A stretch of 64,000 nt of DNA, taken from Candidatus Poribacteria bacterium. Its GTDB lineage: Bacteria > Poribacteria > WGA-4E > PCPOR2b. Location of the stretch: NCBI GenBank assembly GCA_965198175.1, contig OZ240245.1, forward strand, positions 3,360,001 to 3,424,000, read 5' to 3'. Position numbers and translations under genes: made by a program. Below, piece by piece: positions 50,155 through 60,693 of the stretch. How positions within the stretch are numbered: position 1 is the first letter of the stretch; each line of letters begins with the position of its first letter. The notes beneath the pieces were generated by a model. That model was not told where the DNA came from. It was given only the letters and a program-made list of their open reading frames with translations, and ran no database searches.

Positions 50155-51009
50155 ATGAAAACCAAGATACAATCATGGCTGCTCGGTTTGGCTGTTTTTA
50201 TCTTGACTTTCTCCGCCTATGCGTTCGAGAAAGGAGACATCGTAGGGTATTGGCCGGCTGATGAAGGACGTGGTAGTAAAGTCGCGGATCTGGCTGGTGG
50301 TCTAGATGGTACCCTAAGCGTCGGACCCGATTGGGACGGGAAACCCCATGATGACGCATGGGTCGACGGCAAATTTGGTAAAGGCTTGGAATTCAACGCA
50401 AGCAAGAGTTGGTTTGTACTCCTCGGAACCAATGACACCTTTGACCAACTCGGCAAGCCGGACACAGCTTTTAGTGTCGCTTACTGGCTCAAATCCAATA
50501 TGACATCGGGAAAGGGTAGAACGATTGAGAAAGGATCGAGCGGATGGACGCAAGGGTGGCATGCCGCGTTAGTCAACGGAAGAGCCTTTTCAGAAGCCGT
50601 TGATGCGGTTGCTCCGGGATGGGCACTTCATGGAAAGACGAACGTTGCTGATAGCAAATGGCATCACGTTGTTCATGTTTTTAATTTGGATGCCCTTGAA
50701 GCAAAACTTTATGTTGACGCCAAGTTGGATGCGACGTTGGGTGTCGCCAGCGATAAGGACATCGCTGGGATCGACTGGCCCATCGTCTTTGGGGCTTTAG
50801 GGAATGTACCAGAGTGTTGCGGCGGGAACCAACCGTTGATGTTTGAGTTCTTCAACGGCACGATGGACGAGATGGCTATCTTTAGCAAGGAGCTAGACGT
50901 AGCAGAAATCGAAGAGTTGATGGACCATCCTATCGGTGATATGCTCGCGGTTGTTGAACCCACGAGTAAACTCGCAACCTATTGGGGAGCACTCAAAGCG
51001 ACCCGTTAA
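50155..51009 (+). CDS. Secreted LamG-like jellyroll protein
   Basis: GYWPADEG, GKFGKGLEF, WHHVV, LYVD and GTMDE motifs; tail VEPTSKLATYWGALK. Confidence 0.88.
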   Translation: MKTKIQSWLLGLAVFILTFSAYAFEKGDIVGYWPADEGRGSKVADLAGGLDGTLSVGPDWDGKPHDDAWVDGKFGKGLEFNASKSWFVLLGTNDTFDQLGKPDTAFSVAYWLKSNMTSGKGRTIEKGSSGWTQGWHAALVNGRAFSEAVDAVAPGWALHGKTNVADSKWHHVVHVFNLDALEAKLYVDAKLDATLGVASDKDIAGIDWPIVFGALGNVPECCGGNQPLMFEFFNGTMDEMAIFSKELDVAEIEELMDHPIGDMLAVVEPTSKLATYWGALKATR

Positions 51010-51010
51010 G

Positions 51011-51030
51011 CCAATGGTGCTAGTTTTAGA
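51011..51030 (+). mobile_element. Solitary left end of the IS family seen at 29973
   Basis: CCAATGGTGCTAGTTT matches 29975-29990 exactly; no right end seen nearby. Confidence 0.6.
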
Positions 51031-51470
51031 AATTGAAGTGTAGATAAAAAGACAACGAAACTGACTTGCTTCACTTTGGTTTTTATCGGACAATTGTTCA
51101 TCGCTGGAGACAGCCGCGGGCATTAAGCGCATAGGTAGAATATAACGGCTTTCCGTCTTGAGTCATATTGGTGTGTGAAGTATAACAACTGCTTTTATAG
51201 TCGGTTGACGAGGGCGGTTGGACCCAGATCATGGTATCACTATTCAGCGGGATATGGAAGTGGGAGACGGTAGCTGATTTGAAAGTTTATCATGCCAAGG
51301 GCTCGACGCTCTCATCGAGGCCTTGGACTTTCAGTCGGAGACCGGGGATTCTCTGTCACGAAGTGACCGGCACTTTTGCCAGATTTTCACTAACTCGCTG
51401 ACGGCCACGACCCATTCAGCAGCCACAATTGGACCCGCTCCAGAGAAAATATGAATTAAACCCTAGGCAT

Positions 51471-53372
51471 ATGACGAATTTTGAAATCATTCGAATTGTT
51501 TTTGTCCAAGCGCTTCTCGCGTCGGCGTGTGTGCCAACGAGACTGTCGGTTGGCGAAAACAAAAATGGTAGCAGAGCCGAGCAGGAAGAAAGGACAATAG
51601 CAGTACTCGACCAGATTGTTACGCCAACGTCCGGTGTTGAACTTACCGGTGGGCTATTGAAGACCGTTTTTGATAATAATATCCATCACCTACTAAAAAC
51701 GTATCCTGTTGATGACATTCTATACCGTTTCAGAGAGCGAGCAGGCAATCCGAATCCTCCGGGGCACAGCAGAGGCTGGGAGCATGTCCCACCTCTTTTG
51801 TACGGTTCATTAGCGGGTCTGTTTCTCATGGGCAGCGGAAATACACTAAGATGGGAAAATAATCCGCAACTGAGAGACATGATGGACCAGGTTGTCGATG
51901 GAATTGATGAATGTAAGCAGACGAATGGTTTTTTGATGGCGTACAAGGAGACAGAAACCGCTGCTGGGGAGAACCCGAACTATGTTAGATCGTGGGTCAC
52001 TCACGGGCTAATCGAAGCGAGTATAGGCGGAAATGACAAAGCCTTGCCCTTGATTCGAGCACATCAGAACTGGTTTAACCAGTGCGAATATCTCCCAAAA
52101 GTTAAAGATTTGACTCTTGGTTACCAGGGTATGATACCCAACACGAGAATGTACTTTACATCAATGGGACGAAAGCGGGATCTTGAAGTGCTTCAACAGT
52201 ACTACCAGGAAGATTGGTGGCTGGATCAATTAACAGTAAATGACGATAGGGCTATTTATAAGCGCCGACACGCGCACTGCTATGAAATAACAGCGTTTGA
52301 GGCATATTTGGATCTGTATAGAGCAACTGGCATAGAAAGATATTTGACGGCTGTGTCAAATGCTTGGGATATGATTCATAACAAGTGGGAACATGTCGGT
52401 GGCAGCATAGCCATCTCTTGGGGTGAACATATAAACAGGGATTATCCGGCATATTCATACTTTATTGACTGGGAAAGCCCATGGACCGGTGAACTTTGTG
52501 GCTCCGTATTCTGGATTAAACTCAACCAGAGACTGCACAGATTATATCCAGACGCCGAAAAATATGTAAACGAGATCGAGAAATCAATTTACAACATAGG
52601 TGTTGCCAACCAGGCAGGGAGTATCAGCATAAGATATCATGCCCTCCTAAACAAACAGAAAGATACCGTTCTCCAGGGCGATATGTATGTTTCATGCTGT
52701 GAAGGGCAAGCGATTCGACTGTATGGGTCACTACCTGAGTATCTTTACTCCATAGCACCCGATGGATTATATGTTGATATGTATGCTGATTCGAAAATAA
52801 CCTGGAACCCAGGAGGAACGCACGTAACTTTAACCAATTCCACATCTTTCCCAGAAGCTGAGGCTGTGATTCTGTCGATTTCTACTGAGAAGCCTGTCTC
52901 TTTCACTTTGAGGCTAAGAATGCCCTCATCGTTGACCTCGACAATTAAGATAAATGTAAATGGATCTGTGTTGGCAACCGGGACGCCGGGGACGTATTGT
53001 GCTATTACCAAAACATGGAAGGATGGTGACACTATCTCTTACACATTGCCAATGGATTTCAGAGTAAGCAGGTACACGGGGTTCGACATGATTGATGGTT
53101 ACGATCGATATGCTATCGAATATGGCACTGTGCTTCTGGGTGTCGTTGGTCCCTTTGACTTCAATGATGACTGTATAGAGATTGCTAATGATCCAGCGAA
53201 CCCAGCATCGTGGCTGGTGCCGGTGCCAGAAAAACCACTCCATTACAAGATAAAGGGCAAACCAGGATATGAATACATGCCTTACTATGAAATTCAGGAT
53301 GAGCAATTCACCTGTTACCCGGTAATAATGACCGAAGACCAATATCAAAAGAATAAAGAAGACGGAAAGTAA
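51471..53372 (+). CDS. Glycoside hydrolase family 127-like (beta-L-arabinofuranosidase-type), possible lipoprotein
   Basis: HAH, ELCGS, SCC, LRMPS and WKDGD motifs; LASAC lipobox-like site after ATG 51471. Confidence 0.85.
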   Translation: MTNFEIIRIVFVQALLASACVPTRLSVGENKNGSRAEQEERTIAVLDQIVTPTSGVELTGGLLKTVFDNNIHHLLKTYPVDDILYRFRERAGNPNPPGHSRGWEHVPPLLYGSLAGLFLMGSGNTLRWENNPQLRDMMDQVVDGIDECKQTNGFLMAYKETETAAGENPNYVRSWVTHGLIEASIGGNDKALPLIRAHQNWFNQCEYLPKVKDLTLGYQGMIPNTRMYFTSMGRKRDLEVLQQYYQEDWWLDQLTVNDDRAIYKRRHAHCYEITAFEAYLDLYRATGIERYLTAVSNAWDMIHNKWEHVGGSIAISWGEHINRDYPAYSYFIDWESPWTGELCGSVFWIKLNQRLHRLYPDAEKYVNEIEKSIYNIGVANQAGSISIRYHALLNKQKDTVLQGDMYVSCCEGQAIRLYGSLPEYLYSIAPDGLYVDMYADSKITWNPGGTHVTLTNSTSFPEAEAVILSISTEKPVSFTLRLRMPSSLTSTIKINVNGSVLATGTPGTYCAITKTWKDGDTISYTLPMDFRVSRYTGFDMIDGYDRYAIEYGTVLLGVVGPFDFNDDCIEIANDPANPASWLVPVPEKPLHYKIKGKPGYEYMPYYEIQDEQFTCYPVIMTEDQYQKNKEDGK

Positions 53373-53377
53373 ACCCG

Positions 53378-55138
53378 ATGAACATGACAGAGAACCACCA
53401 GATCTCCGAATTGAATCAGCCGCAGGTGTTCTTGCGTTTGGAAGGTGAGATGGGGCAGCGAATCCAAGCCAACCTGGACAATTGGTTGTATCCCTGCCCA
53501 CAGGTGAACCCCGGTATTCTGGAGATGTTTCGCATGCGCGACCGAGCACCTAAACCGAAAGTCACCATAGACTCGGGGTCCTTGTGGGGCAAGTATTTAA
53601 TCTCCGCCGTCCAAGCGATGCGCATGTCGGATGATCCCAAGCTGCACCCCTTTATCGCTGCACTCGTCAAAGAGTTCATTTCCACACAAGACGAGGACGG
53701 ATACTTAGGCGTCTACTACAGACATGAGCGGCTTTTTACTCACTGGGATTTTTGGGCACACTATCATTGTATCTTGGGTCTTTATATGTGGTACCGAGAA
53801 ACCGGTGACCGGGCTGCATTGACCTGCGCGCTGCGCGCAGCCGATTTAATCTGCGGTGCGTTACTGGATGGGGAAAAGGAATTGCATGATACACCGGGAC
53901 CTGAGATTAACACGTCGATTATCCACGGATTGGCAATTCTCTACCGGGAAACGGGAAACAGCCTCTACCTCCAGGGCGTGCAACATATCCAGAGTGTCTG
54001 GGAGAAGCTAGGTGGGGGCGGATTCTACCATCAGGCGATGGACGGTGTGGAGTTTTACCAGTCTGCTTCACACCGCTGGGAAATCCTTCATGCCCTGCAG
54101 GGACTAAGCGAACTCTACCGGATTACCGGTGACGATACCTACAAGCAGGCACAACTGCACTATTGGCATAGCATCCTCAAGACGGATGTTCACAACGCAG
54201 GCAGTTTTTCTGTGGGTGAACAAGCCGCCGGCAATCCGTTTATGCCAGGGGCAATTGAAACATGCTGCACGGTTGCTTGGATTGCTTACAGTATTGACGC
54301 GCTTCGACTCAGTCCGGACTGCAAAATTGTCGACGCCATCGAAAACGCTACCTGGAACGCAATGCTCGGCTCCCAGCACCCCAGCGGCCGCTGGTGGACC
54401 TACGACACCCCGATGGATGGCAAACGGCTCGCCTCCTTTCATCACTTGGCAGATGTCCATTCCGCCTGTGGTTCACCGGAGTTAAATTGCTGTGCGGTTA
54501 ACGGTCCCCGTAGTTTAGGCATGCTTTCCGAATGGGCGATTCTGGGAGACGATCAGGAGGGGCTTTATGTGAACTATTATGGCCCAGGCACGTTTGAAGT
54601 AAACCTCAACCCCACCTCGAAGTGGATCTTCAGGCAGCAAACGCGATATCCGGCTGAAGCGACGGTTCGCATAGAAGTCAACCCGGACAAGCCTCAACGC
54701 GTTCCCCTTTATCTGCGCATACCTGCTTGGTCAATGAAAACTAGTGTATCTGTCAACGGAAAACCCGTCAACGACATACAACCGGGCACCTACGTTAAAC
54801 TGGACAGAACATGGAACATGAAGGATTATATTGATCTGGAGTTGGACTTTAGCCTGCGTCTGCTTCGGGGTGATGAATACGTCAATCATAACGCATCCCT
54901 TTACAGGGGCCCGTTACTATTGGCTTTTGACCAAAAGCACAACACCTTGGAACCTGACGACATGCCGGCGTTGGATTTTGCCAAGCTTCAGTTAAGCCCC
55001 GTGGCATGTAACGACCGGTTCCAACCGTTGACCCTATTCAAGACGATTGCTACAGATGGGACAGAGATTTACCTGACCGACTACGCAACCGCTGGCGCCC
55101 ACGGCACCTGGTCCCGTTCTTGGCTGCCCATCGTTTAA
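53378..55138 (+). CDS. Glycoside hydrolase family 127-like
   Basis: QDEDGYLG, ETCC, NCC..NGPR, LRIPAWS and RGPLLLA motifs. Confidence 0.88.
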   Translation: MNMTENHQISELNQPQVFLRLEGEMGQRIQANLDNWLYPCPQVNPGILEMFRMRDRAPKPKVTIDSGSLWGKYLISAVQAMRMSDDPKLHPFIAALVKEFISTQDEDGYLGVYYRHERLFTHWDFWAHYHCILGLYMWYRETGDRAALTCALRAADLICGALLDGEKELHDTPGPEINTSIIHGLAILYRETGNSLYLQGVQHIQSVWEKLGGGGFYHQAMDGVEFYQSASHRWEILHALQGLSELYRITGDDTYKQAQLHYWHSILKTDVHNAGSFSVGEQAAGNPFMPGAIETCCTVAWIAYSIDALRLSPDCKIVDAIENATWNAMLGSQHPSGRWWTYDTPMDGKRLASFHHLADVHSACGSPELNCCAVNGPRSLGMLSEWAILGDDQEGLYVNYYGPGTFEVNLNPTSKWIFRQQTRYPAEATVRIEVNPDKPQRVPLYLRIPAWSMKTSVSVNGKPVNDIQPGTYVKLDRTWNMKDYIDLELDFSLRLLRGDEYVNHNASLYRGPLLLAFDQKHNTLEPDDMPALDFAKLQLSPVACNDRFQPLTLFKTIATDGTEIYLTDYATAGAHGTWSRSWLPIV

Positions 55139-55251
55139 TCAAGCTAAACAAAAAAGGCACCAAAAGCGGGGCGAGATGTCCCCCAACTCATTTCATTGAC
55201 CTCAGTTATACAGGCAAACATATTGGTTGGAACATAGTCAGAGGAGAGTTA

Positions 55252-55338
55252 ATGGCTAACGAAGCGAGGGCAAGGGTAACCAAGCGCAAGGTATTCGAAG
55301 CCGCACAATTTGGTGCCGACCCCACCGTTAACGTGTGA
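55252..55338 (+). pseudogene. Truncated 5' remnant of a pectin-lyase-fold glycosidase gene
   Basis: GAGGAG SD plus ATG; peptide ends VFEAAQFGADPTVNV*, resembling the FGAxxxG N-terminal motif. Confidence 0.4.
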
Positions 55339-55529
55339 CATGAATCGCGTGTGGTCGCGCAAGGCGTAGCTGAGATACTCGTTTGTGAAGTGGGAGGTAA
55401 AATTCAGGAACTTAGGCAAATCTCCCTGCCCAATCTAACGCCATTCGACGCTTCTCAGCTCTAGGACGGGCTAAGAGATCTTCCGCACATGCGTGTTGTG
55501 GAAATGGTAGGCGAGGGTCACGAAACGAT

Positions 55530-56843
55530 TCAGTATCGATATGCGGCGGACATGAATATTCGATGGTCGGTTCGCTTTTCTGACAAGGAACCATCCGATT
55601 GCTCCCATGAACCCCGCATATAAGCGACATCAACCTTGATAGCTTTGTCAAAAATCTTTCCAACACCAACCGTCAGGAAATTTCTATCGTTTTCAATGTC
55701 TTTCCCCTGAAACGGAATAGGATCGTGGATGTAACCCACGCGCAACCTGGTGTCGATTTCCGAGACATGATATTCTGCGCCGGCGCGAACCTGGATGGTG
55801 CTATCGTAGAGTTCCTCAAAGTGGTCGCGGGAAATGTCTTCTGCTGGAAGTGGATCGTATGCTGTTTGCGTCCAATCCGAAAACTGGAAATCCGTCCCCA
55901 GGGTTAGACGTTTGTCCAGAAGTTTTACAGCGATTCCCCCGCTAAACTCGAAGGGACGCTCGATATTATACTCAATATCATCCTCGTCAACGTCGCTTTC
56001 TCGCTCACCATCATCAAACGATATGAAAGTTCCTTGACGCCAAAATTCGTAAACTTCAAGGTTCATCGGAAAGACCGTCGTGAAGCCGAGCGTCACATAC
56101 TCACCCAAATGAGCCAACACCCCAACTCGACCACCCAACCCCGAATACTCCCGGTCAACGCTGTCATGGAACTCCAGCCGTGCAATTTCCATGTCGATGC
56201 CGTTGACATCCTTCGCGGTGCTGTCGAGTTCGTTGAGGCTCTTGCCATGCCAGAAGTCCAACGCAGCACCAAGTATGATGTTCTCAGTTACATAGACGCC
56301 CGTTCCTAAGCTCCAGATGCCAATCCCCCCTTTATCGCTGTTAGTTTCGTCGACATCAAGACCACCAAACACAGGGTCTTCAGAAGGATCGATTCCTTTG
56401 ACCACAATCCTCGAATCGAAGTTCTGAGGACGATTGTATCCTAGAGCGAATGCCATGCCGCCACGCGTTGTGTATAATGGATAGACCAAACCGATCGAAT
56501 TGGGACGGGTTTTGGACCTGCCACCATCTGTAACCTCTCTCGACTGCGAAAACTGAGTTTCAGCGTCCATTTCATTGTGCGAGAAACTGGTAAACAGCTC
56601 GAATTTCCGTATCTGGGCAAGCCCAGCAGGATTCCAATAGAGCGTTGTGAAATCATCTGCGATACCAACAAATGCCCCGCCCATACCCATTGCTCTTGCA
56701 CCAAGACCGAAAGTGTTACCAATGGCAATTTCTTCCGCTTGCACCATTGCCACGATTCCCCACATCGTAAGACAGCACAGTGTGAAACTCCAAAGAGTAG
56801 TGCGTTTAGTCGTTTTTCTCATCGGATCATAACCTCCTGTCAA
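55530..56843 (-). CDS. FadL/OmpP1/PorV-like outer-membrane transport protein
   Basis: GARAMGMGGAF..ADD..LYWNPAGL hatch motif; terminal aromatic YRY. Confidence 0.85.
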   Translation of the reverse strand: MTGGYDPMRKTTKRTTLWSFTLCCLTMWGIVAMVQAEEIAIGNTFGLGARAMGMGGAFVGIADDFTTLYWNPAGLAQIRKFELFTSFSHNEMDAETQFSQSREVTDGGRSKTRPNSIGLVYPLYTTRGGMAFALGYNRPQNFDSRIVVKGIDPSEDPVFGGLDVDETNSDKGGIGIWSLGTGVYVTENIILGAALDFWHGKSLNELDSTAKDVNGIDMEIARLEFHDSVDREYSGLGGRVGVLAHLGEYVTLGFTTVFPMNLEVYEFWRQGTFISFDDGERESDVDEDDIEYNIERPFEFSGGIAVKLLDKRLTLGTDFQFSDWTQTAYDPLPAEDISRDHFEELYDSTIQVRAGAEYHVSEIDTRLRVGYIHDPIPFQGKDIENDRNFLTVGVGKIFDKAIKVDVAYMRGSWEQSDGSLSEKRTDHRIFMSAAYRY

Positions 56844-56920
56844 ATTGCCGCAACTATCGTAAGGTGTTGCGATTCAAGTGTCCCACTCAGGATCCAAGCA
56901 GGCGCCCCTGAATTCGCCAT

Positions 56921-57460
56921 TCATCGCGATCTGCCGCGATACTGTCGTGAACGTTTTGTTCCGTGATGTGCTTCACGATTCTTGTAGGTGCGGCTTGAGC
57001 GAGTCCCGCTATAACGATGATGGCGACCGTAGTTTCTATAGTAATACCGATTATAGCCACTATACCGATAGGGGCGGCGATATGGATAGAAACTATAATT
57101 GCCACCATAAGAATAATACGGATAATATGGATAAAGCGGAGGATAGTAGTAATCGTGGTAGTAGGGTCTGCGATAAGGCGTGTATTCGCGATAGACCGGC
57201 TTGCGACGTCCGTAGTAGCCTTCATCTTCCTCTACCTCAACACGATCCGTGTCAGCATCTTCGTGATCGGCACCCTTTTCGGTTTCCGATTCTACACGTG
57301 CCTGCTTGTCGTGTTTGGATTCCGCCGCTATTTCCTGATTGTGGCGATGGTACGATGCTCGTTTATCTAGACGTGATTCATAGTAACCGACTTGGGTATA
57401 ACACCCCGCTGCTATCAGCACTGCCAATAGCAATGTGGCTGTCAGAGCAAGGTTCCTCAT
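56921..57460 (-). CDS. Lipoprotein with Tyr/Pro-rich and Arg-rich low-complexity tail
   Basis: Lipobox AAGC-YT; YYYPPLYPYYPYY tract; likely ATG at 57460. Confidence 0.75.
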   Translation of the reverse strand: MRNLALTATLLLAVLIAAGCYTQVGYYESRLDKRASYHRHNQEIAAESKHDKQARVESETEKGADHEDADTDRVEVEEDEGYYGRRKPVYREYTPYRRPYYHDYYYPPLYPYYPYYSYGGNYSFYPYRRPYRYSGYNRYYYRNYGRHHRYSGTRSSRTYKNREAHHGTKRSRQYRGRSR

Positions 57461-57548
57461 GGTTCTCATTCCTTTCACCAAAGTTAGAGTACAATTTTTC
57501 GAGAGTATACCATAGCAAACCTCATATGCCAAGTGAAAAATATATGAT

Positions 57549-57565
57549 AGCAATTTAGATGCCAA
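57549..57565 (-). promoter_or_regulatory. Putative sigma-54 (-24/-12) promoter
   Basis: TTGGCATCTAAATTGCT (GG-N10-GC), about 90 nt upstream of the lipoprotein start. Confidence 0.55.
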
Positions 57566-57761
57566 AACTAAATCTCAGCCTGGGGCTAGGATATAGAAGA
57601 TTGTATTAAGGGAACCTGTTGTAGAAGTGATACAACTTCGTAGCACAAGTGTCACACGTCAATGTTCATAGCAAAGTTCAGGAGGGAGAATGAGCGTAAC
57701 TATCGGAGGATTTTGAACTTTACCGAAAGTAATTGTAATGCCATCGGGGACCAAGACTAAA

Positions 57762-57790
57762 TTGACATCTCTGACCAGCTATGCTAAAAT
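57762..57790 (+). promoter_or_regulatory. Sigma-70 promoter
   Basis: TTGACA-N17-TAAAAT with an extended TG motif. Confidence 0.7.
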
Positions 57791-57851
57791 TAGGGTCACT
57801 ATTGCAGATTATAACGTGCTGAAGGCGGGGGCTCAAGAAGGAGAATAGCAG

Positions 57852-58226
57852 ATGCGAAAACGCAGCGTGCGTCAAATTTTCATAGCAGGGTTGCGCTTAA
57901 AGTGTCCTAGATGCGGCCAAGGTGAGATGTTTTCAGGCATGTTCAAAATGTGTTCGGAGTGCGATAACTGCCATTTCAGGTTTGAGCGAGAGATGGGATA
58001 TTTTGTTGGGGCGATGTATATCAACTTCGGTGTGACTGTTTTCATTGCATTTGCCAGTTATTTCGCGTTGGACTATTTAACGTCTATCTCTTTTCTGCAG
58101 AACTTCATTCTGTGGGGCGTTTTCTGTGCACTTTTCCCTATCTTCTTCTTCCGGTACTCTCGCAGCCTGTGGTTGAGCTTCGACTACATTGTCGATCCGT
58201 CTGAACCGCTGGATCCGCGCCCGTAA
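57852..58226 (+). CDS. DUF983-like zinc-ribbon membrane protein
   Basis: CPRCGQG..F...C..C..RFERE.GYF followed by two TM helices. Confidence 0.8.
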   Translation: MRKRSVRQIFIAGLRLKCPRCGQGEMFSGMFKMCSECDNCHFRFEREMGYFVGAMYINFGVTVFIAFASYFALDYLTSISFLQNFILWGVFCALFPIFFFRYSRSLWLSFDYIVDPSEPLDPRP

Positions 58227-58461
58227 GGTGCGGTCCCCCGTCTCTCTCCATCGGTATACGCCTTCGAAATCTCGGCAGCGCTCGCATCGGGAAGAATGAC
58301 GTAATTGATTAAGGGCACTCATCTCAAGTTGTCGCATCCGATCTCTGGAAGGATTCAAAGGTGTACCGATTTCCTGCAACAAGAAAAACTATCGAAGCCG
58401 CTGATATTCACACACAATTATAATACACGAACGAGCAGAAGCCGAAGGGAACTAGGGAAAG

Positions 58462-59403
58462 ATGGTAAGATCGCCGATTAAGGGGGCTAGCAGCCCAGTA
58501 AGAACGGACACGCATACCGTAGAACTCTGCAAACCGGGCATTCAGGTACAAGAAGGCATCGTTTTGAGCGACATTTCTCCCACGCTGACCGACACCCAAG
58601 TCGTGGAGTTCTGCAAACAAGGGTACCTGATTCTTGAGGGCGCCGTTCCGGACGAGATTAATCGAAGGACGTACGATTATTTGATTGCAAATCCGACTGG
58701 CCAACCTATCGAACTCCTTCAGGAAGACTGGTTCATCGAACAAGTTCTTCTCAACCCTCAAGCTGCAGGTGCAGTGCGGTCGCTGTTGGGTAAAACCTTC
58801 ATGCTTCCCAAAGGGTTGGCTAATCATCGAATCGAATGTCCGGCACCGGCGCAGGGATGGCATAGAGATGGGGGATCACGCCATGGTCCGGAGCTCAATC
58901 ATTTGCAGGTATTCTATTATCCGCAGGACACGCCAAAAGAACTCGGACCGACGGGACTTGTACCAGGGTCTCATTTCTACTTTTCTCTTTCAAGGTGCAT
59001 GGGACATTTTACGAGCATTCGTTCGGCGGTCAATACCGCCGCACCGGCTGGCTCGATTTTTATCACAGTCTATTCCATTTGGCATCGCCGTTCGGAATCC
59101 ACCGCCCACGGTATCCGCAATATGCTGAAATACTGTTATTGGCGCACAGTTCCCCCAGAGCGAGATTGGTTGGTTGCGCCGGACTTTGACCCCGCCGCCG
59201 CTTCATACAGCTTAGACGGTCCCTTCCTTCAGCCGCCCCGACAGCAATTCCGAGACTGGTATGATGCGGCAGAGATGTTCTTCTGGCTCTCCGGAAATTC
59301 CAATGGACTCCGCGATCTGTTCGGCTATCCAGACTGGCCGATGGGCTATCCCCCCGGTTGGCAACCTGAGGAACTTTATAAACCACAGCAGAGACAAAGG
59401 TGA
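58462..59403 (+). CDS. Phytanoyl-CoA dioxygenase (PhyH) family protein
   Basis: FCKQGY, WHRD, GPT..VPGSH and IWHR motifs; start may be TTG 58564. Confidence 0.85.
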   Translation: MVRSPIKGASSPVRTDTHTVELCKPGIQVQEGIVLSDISPTLTDTQVVEFCKQGYLILEGAVPDEINRRTYDYLIANPTGQPIELLQEDWFIEQVLLNPQAAGAVRSLLGKTFMLPKGLANHRIECPAPAQGWHRDGGSRHGPELNHLQVFYYPQDTPKELGPTGLVPGSHFYFSLSRCMGHFTSIRSAVNTAAPAGSIFITVYSIWHRRSESTAHGIRNMLKYCYWRTVPPERDWLVAPDFDPAAASYSLDGPFLQPPRQQFRDWYDAAEMFFWLSGNSNGLRDLFGYPDWPMGYPPGWQPEELYKPQQRQR

Positions 59404-59413
59404 AGACTATCGG

Positions 59414-60643
59414 GTGATTTTCCGCGCGAAGTATCTCATACCGAATAGCCGTCTGATCATCGAAAATGGCGCCATTGCGATTCACGGATCGGAGATTGTC
59501 GATATTGGTCGGTATCCAACGCTCCGAAACACGGGGACAGGTCCCATACGAGATTTGGGAGATGCAGTGATTCTCCCGGGATTGGTAAACAGCCACACCC
59601 ATCTTGAGTTGACCAACCACGGCGCGTTCGTTGACCGGACGGCGCAACTTACGAATTGGCTCCTGCAGATCGTTCGCAATCAACGGTGGGACAAGGCATG
59701 GGTTGAGCGCGCAATCCAAAGCGGTGTTGAAATGAGTCTCGCAGGCGGAACAACAACCGTCGGTGACATTCACGGATCTGGACAATCTGCGCAAACACTC
59801 AAAGACGCGCCCATCCGAAAAGTGGTATTTTTCGAGACAACAGGGTTTTCACCCGAACGGTCCCAGATTGGGACTAAGCGGATCAATACGCATCTCGAAG
59901 CTGCACCGGAACCTGATTCCCTTATTGCGTTTGGTGTGTCGCCACACGCGCCCTACTCCACGGCTGCCTCGCTTTATCGCCACTGCTGTGAACTCGCGCT
60001 GTCACGCGGATTACCGCTGTGCACACATCTGTCAGAAACCCGAGAGGAGATTGAGTTTTTAGCGTCAGGAACCAACGCATTCGCAGACTTACTAACAGCT
60101 TTACAAATTCCGATGGAAGATTGGACGCCGCCGAATCGAACGCCGGTGCAGTACATGAAGGCACTTGGCGTGTTGGCAGTTCACCCTCTTTTGGCCCATT
60201 GTAACTATCTGACAGATCAAGACATCCAGACGCTTGCGGAAAGCGAAGCATCCGTCGTGTTTTGCCCTCGGAGCCACCACTACTTTTACCACACCGATCA
60301 CCCGCTTGAACGTCTGCTTGCAGCCGGTGTAAATGTCGCCATCGGAACTGACAGCCTCGCCAGCAATTGGTCCCTAGCCATGCTCGACGAACTCCGATTC
60401 TTGGGCAAAGCGTGGGATCGCCTTCCTCCTGAGACGCTCCTAGATCTGGTTACAATTAATGGAGCGCGAGGGCTTCGGCTGCGTCATATCGGCAAGCTAG
60501 AAAAAGGCTGGCTGGCAGATTTCATCGCCATTGAACTTCGGAACAGTAGGCAACCCATCATTGAGCAGATTCTTGATGAGTCTGCTTGTAATCTGCTAAC
60601 CGTTGTCGGTGGAAAGATATGTTATGACGCCCACGCATCGTAG
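59414..60643 (+). CDS. Metal-dependent amidohydrolase (deaminase-like)
   Basis: PGLVNSHTHLE, SPHAPY, HLSET, LAHC and GTDS motifs; likely GTG start at 59414. Confidence 0.9.
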   Translation: MIFRAKYLIPNSRLIIENGAIAIHGSEIVDIGRYPTLRNTGTGPIRDLGDAVILPGLVNSHTHLELTNHGAFVDRTAQLTNWLLQIVRNQRWDKAWVERAIQSGVEMSLAGGTTTVGDIHGSGQSAQTLKDAPIRKVVFFETTGFSPERSQIGTKRINTHLEAAPEPDSLIAFGVSPHAPYSTAASLYRHCCELALSRGLPLCTHLSETREEIEFLASGTNAFADLLTALQIPMEDWTPPNRTPVQYMKALGVLAVHPLLAHCNYLTDQDIQTLAESEASVVFCPRSHHYFYHTDHPLERLLAAGVNVAIGTDSLASNWSLAMLDELRFLGKAWDRLPPETLLDLVTINGARGLRLRHIGKLEKGWLADFIAIELRNSRQPIIEQILDESACNLLTVVGGKICYDAHAS

Positions 60644-60693
60644 TTTCAGCTCATCACGATGCGTGCCGCGATGCGTGTAGGAGGACGTTCGCT

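Noticed and set aside
51130..51470. Degenerate coding-like sequence after the IS end
   Set aside because: Could not be assigned to a family without a search
57513..57532. Second sigma-54-like site TTGGCATATGAGGTTTGCT
   Set aside because: GG-to-GC spacing is 12 nt rather than the required 10
56878..57558. 226-aa plus-strand ORF and other long overlapping ORFs
   Set aside because: These are antisense shadows of well-supported genes with no recognisable motifs
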